A stretch of DNA of 64,000 bases from the human T2T-CHM13v2.0 reference genome, Homo sapiens, in the NCBI RefSeq assembly GCF_009914755.1, contig NC_060925.1. One strand, 5' to 3'. This document shows positions 49,119-64,000 of this stretch, in pieces. A program made the translations under genes and the position numbers. Numbering within the stretch: the first letter of the stretch is position 1; each line of letters starts with the position of its first letter. The notes under the pieces are model-generated. The model worked only from the letters and a program-made list of their open reading frames with translations. It made no database searches and was not told the origin of the DNA.

Positions 49119-49409
49119 TTTTTTTTAAATTTTAGAGGTAGGGTCTCGTTCTGTCACCCAAGCTGAAGTACAGTGGAGTGATCATGGCTCACTGCAACCT
49201 CAATCCCCTAGGCTTAAGTGATTCTCCCACCTCAGCCTCCCAAGTATCTGGAGACACAGGCATACGTAGCCATACTGGGCTAATTTTTATTTTTTATTTT
49301 TGTCAAGCTATGTTGCCCAGGCTGGTCTTGAATTCCTGGCCTCAAGCAATCCTCCCACCTCAGCCTCCTGAGGCACTGGTATTACAAGCCTGAGCCAACA
49401 TGCTTGGCC
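49119..49409 (-). mobile_element. AluJ
   Basis: J-type dimer. Confidence 0.9.
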
Positions 49410-50485
<1,076 letters not shown>

Positions 50486-50531
50486 CCTAATTGATTCTTA
50501 ACTTGGGTGAAATTGAATTGAGAGAGTCTGT

Positions 50532-51424
<893 letters not shown>

Positions 51425-51675
51425 GTGCTTCCCAACCACGGCCTCACTAAAAATCAACATGATTTTTATCTAAGCAACTAAGCAAAGAGGTGAGGCCACA
51501 GGGTAAAATACTATTATTGACACAGGAATATGGATAAAGGCAAGAGAATAGTTAGCCAGCAGTAAAATCATTAAAAAGTCACTAAATTTAGCATCTGAAG
51601 ACCTGGCTCGAATCCTAGGTTTGCTACTTGCTAGCACTATGACCTTGGAAAAAATCACTTAACTTTACAAATCAA

Positions 51676-51992
51676 TTTTTTTCTTTCTTTCTTTTTTCTT
51701 TCCTTTTTTGAGACAGGGTCTTACTCTGTCACCCAGGCTAGAGTGCACTGGCATGATCACAGCTCACTGTAGCCTCGACCTCCTAGGCTCAAGAAATGCT
51801 TCCAGCTCAGCCTCCCGAGTAGCTGTGACTATAGGTGCATACCACCATGCCTGGCTAATTTTTTATATTTTTTGTAGAGATGGGGTTTTGCCATGTTGCC
51901 CAGGCTACTCTTGTACTCCTGGACTCAAGCGATCCTCCTGCCTTGACCTCCCATAATGCTGGGATTACAGGCATGAGCCACCACACCCAGCC
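51676..51992 (-). mobile_element. AluJ splitting a MIR (~51550-52110)
   Basis: J-type dimer with MIR halves on both sides. Confidence 0.85.
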
Positions 51993-52696
51993 AAACCACA
52001 TTTTTCTAAGCCATAAAACAGGGATTACCTCAAATTATCATTCCAGCATCATAGGTTGGTTCTAGAAATATAAACCTGTAAAAGTGCCTGGCACATAGAG
52101 GATATTCACTCTGAAATCCTGGGTCATAACTTTGTCTACATGCCTTCCATGTGATCCCACCCCAACGCTACTACCTATCCAGCCAGTGTTTGCTTTCCAG
52201 ATGGGACTGCAGAGATTTCCACAGAAAATCTTTTGAACCATTACCTTATTGAGCCCCAAACTGTAATTTCAGCTATGTGATTAGAGCATTGTTCTATCAA
52301 CACCGAGAATGGTTTCTGGCTGGAATGTCAGTGGAGCATGGTGAGCCAGACACAGGCAGTCCTTTGAACACAGCCTGGGGTATAAGACAGAGATGATCAT
52401 CACAGTTGGAGATCTAGAAAATGTCCCTGGAGACCTCAGAATCCCACGGTTTGGCTTCCAGCAGTGAAAATGAGTGCCAGCTTCCCCTCTCAAAGCACGC
52501 TGCCCCCCTGGATTCTAGTTTGTTAGCTAATCCCTTCCTCCTCTAGAACAGGAAAGAAGGAAGGAAGGGTTTGGAACTGTTCCATTGGTAGCCCCAGAAT
52601 TTCTACATAAGAAAAGCTTAGGGGCAGCCATCTGGCTGCTATGAGCTTCTAGAGGAGTTGCTTTTGAAATTGTTTGCATTTTAAATAAGAAGGTTT

Positions 52697-52976
<280 letters not shown>

Positions 52977-53059
52977 CCATTTTTTTTAAATAAGCAGGTT
53001 TCATTCAGATTGTATACTATTTGAGATGGCCTGGGTAGAGCTGGTTATCTGGAAACTTT

Positions 53060-53366
<307 letters not shown>

Positions 53367-53499
53367 AATTATCTCGAAACTTTGATCATCCTTGACATCA
53401 CTGCCGACTGCCCTCCTCCAATTCCCTTGGTCTATCTCTGACTGATGCCGGCAGAAGAAGCAGAGCAAAATCTCCTTACATGTATTTTTGTTCCGCTTC

Positions 53500-53971
53500 C
53501 TGTCAATTTGGGTCCTCTAGGAAGCAGACAGGCACCAGGATGGGTTTATAAGTGAAAGCACTGGGTTGTAATAACTGTGAAAGGCAAAAGGAAGAGGGAG
53601 CTGGAGAGGGCAGGGAAAGCCTTAAAACCATGTTGCAGGTCTGAGGCTTGTAAAAGGAGAAGGGTAAGGAAGGATGATTGTGTGGGTGAATAGAGTCTCA
53701 GACTGTGGTGCAGCTCTGGAAATGTCCTGGTCAGCCTAATAGGGAGCTCTGGCACAAGGATTGCCCTCAAAAAAGTCCCACGTTGCATGGCAGTGGTCAT
53801 GCCCTAGTACCCCTGCCATGCTCAGTCATTGGTAGAGGGCTGCCTGGGAGAAAGTGCTGCACCCTGGATGCTGGGGTGGATCCAGACTAGAAGCTGTCAG
53901 CGTTCTGCATTCCTTGCAGCAGGTTCTTTCTGGAAGGGAAGTCTGCGTGGCACGCTGCCACAGCTGGCACA
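53500..53971 (-). mobile_element. LTR16A-like solo LTR
   Basis: ggtcctctaggaagcagac...ctagtacccctgccatgctcagtcattgg...gcagcaggttct. Confidence 0.8.
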
Positions 53972-54129
53972 ACCCCAACAGCTGTCCAGCCATTCTGCTC
54001 TTACCTATAATCAAGCTCACAGAAGGGAAGTAGAGTGTTTTTGTGCTCCACAGAACTGCCTGAGCTCTTTTTATGATTCCTTTGGGTGAACCCTCAGTAA
54101 GTCAATCTATGCCTTAGGTTTCTTGTCTG

Positions 54130-54470
54130 AAATATTTCCTTTGCCTGGAACGCTTTTCCCTCAGCTACACTAATAACTCAATGCCTCATCTCCTTGAGGT
54201 CTCTGCTCATGTGTTGTCTCATCAGTGAGTCCTTCCCTGACTAATTAAAATAGCAATCCCCTCACAATTCTTATTCTCCTTCCCAGTGTTATTTTTCTCC
54301 ATAGCACTTACCCTATCTAATTTTAAAAGTTTATTTATATATTTATCATCTGTCTCCTTTGATTAGAATATAATGGATGTCAAGTCAGGAGATTTTGTCT
54401 GCTGTTCTATCCCTAGCACCCAGAATAGTGACTAGCATATAGCAAATGCCATTAACTATGTGGCAAATGG
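54130..54470 (+). mobile_element. L2 3' end, followed by (GGAA/GGGA)n at 54468-54528
   Basis: tgcctggaacgcttttccc...tttttctccatagcactta...atccctagcacccagaatagtg. Confidence 0.8.
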
Positions 54471-55096
54471 AAGGAAGAAAGGAAGAAAGGAAGGAAGGGA
54501 GGGAGGGAGGGAGGGAGGGAGGGAGGGACTGGTATAACCACACAAATCATGTAAAAGTTGATAGATACCACTAATCCTTTCTCTTTCTGATGCAAACTTC
54601 TTATCTAAGAAGATCATCTAACCCCTTGAAGAGAGCAATTAAGTCATTGAAACTTATAAAAATGTGTCACTAAAAATTGGAACTTTAAGTCAAAGACAGA
54701 AAACTTATTTACTAATTGTATTCTTTTTATCAGATACCATGTTACATGTTTTTACATACGTTATCTGATTTAATCCTCCCAATAGCACTGAGATAAGGGT
54801 TATCATCCCTATTTTGTGGGCAAGGAGGGTGAGGCCCAAATAACATGGCCAATGTCACACACAACTGGAAGTATGGAATTTAAATTCAGATTTATCTGAT
54901 AGCAACAAATAAGAAACAGACTTCAGTGCCAAATAAGAGGAAAGGAGCAAAATTAGCTCACCATTTGATAGTAAAAATATGAACAAAGTAAAAGAATCAT
55001 TACAAAGGACAAAGGAAGGAATTACTTTTACTATGCAGGGGTCAAGGCTCAATATCAGTTACCCAATCCAATGAGGATACCATCTTCTTACAATAG

Positions 55097-55980
<884 letters not shown>

Positions 55981-55987
55981 AAAAGTC

Positions 55988-56357
55988 TGTTATGGACTGT
56001 GTGTTCCCCCACACCAAAATCCGTGTTTTGAAGCCCTAATCCCCCATGTGATGGTATTAGGAGGTGAGGCTTTGGGGAAGTAATTAGGTTTAGCGAGATT
56101 ATGAGGATGGAGCCCTTGGTGGGATTAGTGCCCTTATTAAAAGAGGAAGGGATACCAGCACTCTCTCTGCAATGTGTGAGGGCACAGCAAGAAGGTGGCC
56201 ATCTGCAAACCAGGAAGAGAGCTCTCACAAGGAACTGAACCAGCTGGCATCTTGATCTTGGATTTCCCAGCCTCCAGAACTGTGAGAAATAAATTTCTGT
56301 TGTTTAAGCCACCTAGTCTACAATATTTTGTTATGGCAGCCCAAATAAACTGAGACA
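55988..56357 (+). mobile_element. MLT1A0 MaLR solo LTR
   Basis: tgttatggactg...gaaggtggccatctgcaaaccaggaagag...ctgagaca; TSD aagtc. Confidence 0.9.
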
Positions 56358-56379
56358 AAGTCTCAGAAACTCATAGACG

Positions 56380-58391
<2,012 letters not shown>

Positions 58392-58872
58392 TAAGTGCTC
58401 ATCAGATACTGTCTGAGTACTGGTCATTCTGTCTGAAGTGGTTGTTTACAGCGAGCCCTTTTGCAAAATGGAACATTTTCTAATGCCAATTTCGTAAATG
58501 GAAACACAATATATGCAAAACAACAACAACAACAACAAAAAAAACAGGCTAAAGGAAATACAATGAATCCACTCAAAATAATTTCAAATGACCTGGCTTT
58601 ATTTTCTTAACCTTGATGTTACTGTTATAATCCTTCCATACGTGAATCCTGAGGGACAGCAGGATTGTTTAGGGAGAAATCAGTGGGTATCTATTTTCTT
58701 ATAAAGTACTTATAAATTAGAAACTACATATGGCCATCTTCTCAGTGTCTTCATGCATCCGTTTTTTAAATTACCTTTGCTACTGTCTATTTCTCTATGT
58801 TAGACTGCCCACCAGTGTTATGGGGCACCTATTAGGTGCTATGAAAATGTAAAAGACTGAGACATGGGTCTC

Positions 58873-59595
58873 TGTGGCAGAGACCACTACTTAATAGCCA
58901 TTCTTTCTTGGAAACAAAAAACCTTTATTGTTGGGTATGTCAGTGTACCTGGCTATAAAATATTTTCCAGCCTTCCTTGCAAATTTGGTGGCCAATGAGC
59001 TATTAGCGAGACTTCCAGAAAAAGTCTTTAAAATTTGGCTGGGAAACCTACCCTTTACCCTTAATCCTTTCCTCCTTCTTGCCTGGAACAGAAATATGAA
59101 GGCTGGACTTCCAGAAGCCATCTGGTTAACACAAGGAAAAGGCCCCCACCCTGGGGATGGCAGAGGAAATAGCAAAAAGAGGCTATGTTCCTGTTTTTGG
59201 ATTTTAGAGACAGACTCTTGTGCTGTCACTCTTGCGCTCTCACTGCAGCCTCTAACTCCTGGGGTCAAGCGATCATCCCAGCTCAGCCTCCTGGGAGCTA
59301 GAATGACAGGTGTGTGCCCAACATAATAATAAAATAATAAATTTTTTTTAAACAATAAAATTTTAAAATTTTTTTATTTCTGTAGAAATGGAGTCTCGGT
59401 ATGTTGCCCAGGATGGTTTCAAACTCCCAACCTCAAGCAATCCTCCCACCTTGGCCTCTCAAGGGGCTGGAATTACAGGTATAAGCCACCACACCTGGCC
59501 TCAACTCCTGTATCTCCAGAACTAGTGACTGAATACAACTCTTAAATTATATAGTATCTGATTTCATGAACAAATTCAGCAGAGACTAATGCACA
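58873..59595 (+). mobile_element. MLT1J-like LTR with nested AluJ (-, ~59195-59500)
   Basis: tattttccagccttccttgca...tggccaatgag...gcctggaa...ggatggcagag. Confidence 0.65.
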
Positions 59596-59619
59596 CAAAA
59601 TAATTAGAAAACATTGCCC

Positions 59620-59757
59620 ATTTGGGTGAACTGGCTCATGCCTGTAATCCCAGTGCTTTGGGAGGCCGAGGCAGGAGGACTGCTTGAGGCCAGGAGTTTG
59701 AGATCAGCCCAGGTAACATTGTGAGACTCCCGTAGTACCAAAAAAAAAAAAAAAAAA
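59620..59757 (+). mobile_element. FLAM monomer
   Basis: Left monomer plus A tail. Confidence 0.8.
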
Positions 59758-59774
59758 GGAAACACTTCCGTATA

Positions 59775-60020
59775 GTATGTAGTGTAAGAGAAAGTATAGG
59801 TAGACAGAGTAAGAGCTTTAGAATCCATCACTCCTGCAGTTCACTCCTCAGCTTAGCAATTTAGAGTGTGTGATTTTGGGCAAATTATATAACATTTCTA
59901 AACTTCTGTTTCCCTTTTCATGAAATGAAGATGATAATAATTACCTTGTGTAATTGTAATAAGGAGTAGACATAATGTGCCTGGCACTCAAAATATGCTT
60001 AATAAATGATAATAGTAATT
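59775..60020 (+). mobile_element. MIR
   Basis: tgtgattttgggcaaatt...gtgcctggcac...gcttaataaatg. Confidence 0.75.
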
Positions 60021-60767
60021 TATAAGCTATACAAACTCACAGAAATAAGAAATTGATGTGGATCAAAAGCCTTAGAGAATAAGTAGGATTTTACTATTCA
60101 GGATGGGTAAAGGGGAAAGGTATTCCACATGGATAAAAGGAAAGGTAAGTACAACGTGGGTAGAGACATAAAGATTGGCTGAATATAACGTATTTGATAA
60201 CTACAAGGAAATTAACATAACTGGTATTGAAGAGTTGAGGAAAACGGGATGGCATATAAATAGGGTGAGATCAGGATGGCACAGATGGGGTGGGATCAGG
60301 CTGAAAGCCAAAGAGAAGATACACGACTTGATATGGAAGAGCAAGGAGAATTCATAAATTTTGTACAAAAGGAAGGATCAGGACAGACTTAATAAAAGCT
60401 CATTACCCTAAGGTCTTCAGTTATCCTAAGTGATTTTCTTTTGGAACAAGTGACAAGGAAATGACTCTGAGTGCCAAATGGAAGGTGAGTGTCTAATCCA
60501 AAAAGGTAGCCATTAATTTAATGGAAAGATTTTCTAATGGCAAACATTAATCTAGTTGTTAGAAAGGTACTACAGGGTAGCTTGAGTCCACACAAGCTTT
60601 CTTCCTGTGGTTTCTCTATAAAATGAAGAATTATGGCAAAGTTGTTTTTCACTTAAAAAAAAGTAATCAAGCCAATCAGACAAAATATGTTTCTCCATAC
60701 AAACCATGAAACACCAGCTGAAATTCACTGTTTTGTTTCTCATGGTATCTTTTTCTTCTCTATCTCA

Positions 60768-61180
<413 letters not shown>

Positions 61181-61800
61181 TCATTAACCCACCCTTTCAT
61201 GTGGTTTCACAGAATCATCACATTGTACAATAGAGTTCATTATTGCTTTTCCTACATACCAGAATAGAAACTGGCAAGCTAAACCAGCTTCTTGTGACCT
61301 GTAGTTTCTAGACAGAGCCCATCCATGAGTTCTAGTCAGAGAATTCTTCTCTTCCTTCTCATAATCTGATATAGAATGTGTAGTAGGAACTATAAGCAAG
61401 TGAGTATAAAGTTTAGCTGAGGAAACGCATCCGTGAGATGTCATGGAAAAGGTATGAACTTGGAGTTGAGGAGACTTGACCTTCAGTGCTGACTCTAGAA
61501 GTAAACTGGGAAACGTTGAGCAAATCAGATTTTCTCAACTTCATTCTACTCTCCTGTAAAATAAGGATAAACACTTCCTACTTCAACAAGTCCTTCCTTG
61601 AGACGTCTGCATAAAATAATGTATGAGAGTGTTCTCTAAAGTTTAAAAAACTGTAGAAGTGTGATATTTTCTATAGACACTTGGAGTGCCTACCCACCCT
61701 GTTCCCTTCTTTGGGGAGTGTCCCTATCACACATTCCAAAGGACAGACCCAGGAAGCACATCTGAAATAATCATAGCAACATAACTAAAAGAAAAGAGCT

Positions 61801-62591
<791 letters not shown>

Positions 62592-62919
62592 CTATGTGCT
62601 TATTAACATAACTGCTTTCACTTAGGCTACTCCAATGAGCTTTGCAATTTGCAACCAAGTGAGTTCTAATTATTCTACAAAGTATTTCAAGAGTAAAGAA
62701 GAGCTGTGTATGCAAAAATATCTGGAGCATTGCTCTTTATAATAATGAAACTTTGGAAAGAACTGAGTTGCCCAATAACTAGGGAATAATAAATTGTACT
62801 ATGTCCATTCAATGGACTATTATGTAATCATTACAGTACATGGACATAAAAACTGTGCATAACTAGAGTAATTACAGTAGTCTTAAAAAATAAATACATG
62901 CTTATAAGGATTGAGAAAA

Positions 62920-63222
62920 GCTGGGTGTGGTGGCTCATGCCTATAATCCCAACATTTTGAGAGGCTGAGTCAGGTGGATCACTTGAGACCAGCAGTTCAA
63001 GACAGCCTGGTTAACATTGCAAGACCCCACCTCTACAAAAAATTTAATAATTAGCAGGGCGTGGTAGCACATACCTATAGTCCCAGCTATTCAGGAGGCT
63101 GAGGTGGGAGGATCACTTAAGCCCAGGAGTTCGAGGTTGCAGTGATCTGTAATTATGCCACTGCACTCCAGCCTGGGTGACAGAGCAAGCAAGACCTCAT
63201 CTCAAAAAGAAAAAGAAAAACA
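62920..63222 (+). mobile_element. AluJ
   Basis: Full J-type dimer. Confidence 0.9.
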
Positions 63223-63315
63223 ATTGAGAAAAAAGCTATGCAAATATATCAAAAGCTGTGATGGTAGGAAAAAGGGGTGTGTGTGTGTTTTCTATATTGT
63301 TCAAAATCATATGAA

Positions 63316-63453
63316 GTTTTTTTGTTTGTTTGTTTTTAGAGATGGGGGGGGTCTCATTATTTTGCCCAGGCTGGCCTCAAACTCCTGGCTCAACTCCTCC
63401 TGCCTCAGCCTCCCAAGTAGCTGGGACTACAGGTGTGCACCACCGTGCCCAGC
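63316..63453 (-). mobile_element. FLAM-type monomer
   Basis: Single monomer. Confidence 0.75.
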
Positions 63454-63639
63454 TTGTATTAAGTTCTTGAGAAAAATTTGAGAGCTCTTAAAAATCCCCT
63501 TTATTAAAATATTTGATAGAATTTTCAAGTTTCAGAACTTAAAATAATTTTAGAAGTCAATAAGTATAGATTTTCATTTCTTCAGACTGTACATTTCTAG
63601 TGATAATGAGCTCTCTGCTCTCTAATATAAAGTAACTGT

Positions 63640-63918
63640 ACCCAGGTAGGAAGATCGCTTGAGCCCAGGAGCTGGAGACCAGCCTGCACAACATAGAAAG
63701 ACCCCATCTCTAGAAAGAATTTAAAAATTTAGCCAGGAGTGGTGGCATGTGCCTATAGTCTTAGCTACTCGGGAGGCTGAGGCAAGAGGATCGCTCCTCT
63801 TGCCAGGAGGTCAAGGCTGCAGTGAGCTGTGATGACACCATTGTACTCCAGCCTGGGCAACAGAGTGAGACCTTGTTTCTGAAGAAGAAAATAATAAATA
63901 AAACAAATAAATCAATAA
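63640..63918 (+). mobile_element. AluJ, 5'-truncated
   Basis: J-type sequence. Confidence 0.85.
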
Positions 63919-64000
63919 AGTCTCTATAAAGTGGCTGCCCACCCTCTGCTTGAACAACTTTGGGGACCTAAGTGCCCAAGTTGCTCCTATGATTGGCTTG

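Overview
Primate (human or close ape) non-coding genomic DNA, very rich in repeats: about 55 Alu/FLAM/FAM copies, many old L1M fragments, two L1PA 3' ends, MIR, L2, MaLR LTRs and ERV-L relics. I found no intact protein-coding gene. Main landmarks: (1) a near full-length processed pseudogene of the GLUT3 glucose transporter (SLC2A3) on the minus strand, ~8775-12568, with 5'UTR, intronless CDS, 3'UTR, A-tail and a target-site duplication (TSD); it inserted into a MIR and still holds a 426-codon open frame; (2) a CpG-island promoter at ~28560-29350 with two strong minus-strand splice donors, plus a nearby GC-box/CTCF-like element and a GT-rich minisatellite; (3) a U6 snRNA pseudogene fragment at ~48990-49058; (4) two ERV-L relics, one with gag joined almost directly to integrase/dUTPase; (5) a repeat-free block rich in homeodomain motifs at ~21.1-21.5 kb that may be an enhancer. 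From memory, this arrangement fits human chr1p31.3 upstream of JAK1 (SLC2A3P2 / LINC01359 / a U6 pseudogene), but I have not verified this. Repeat subfamily calls and parent-gene comparisons were made by eye against recalled sequences. I see no convincing evidence of a wholly new biological system; the best leads are the retrocopy's history and possible expression, and the candidate regulatory elements.
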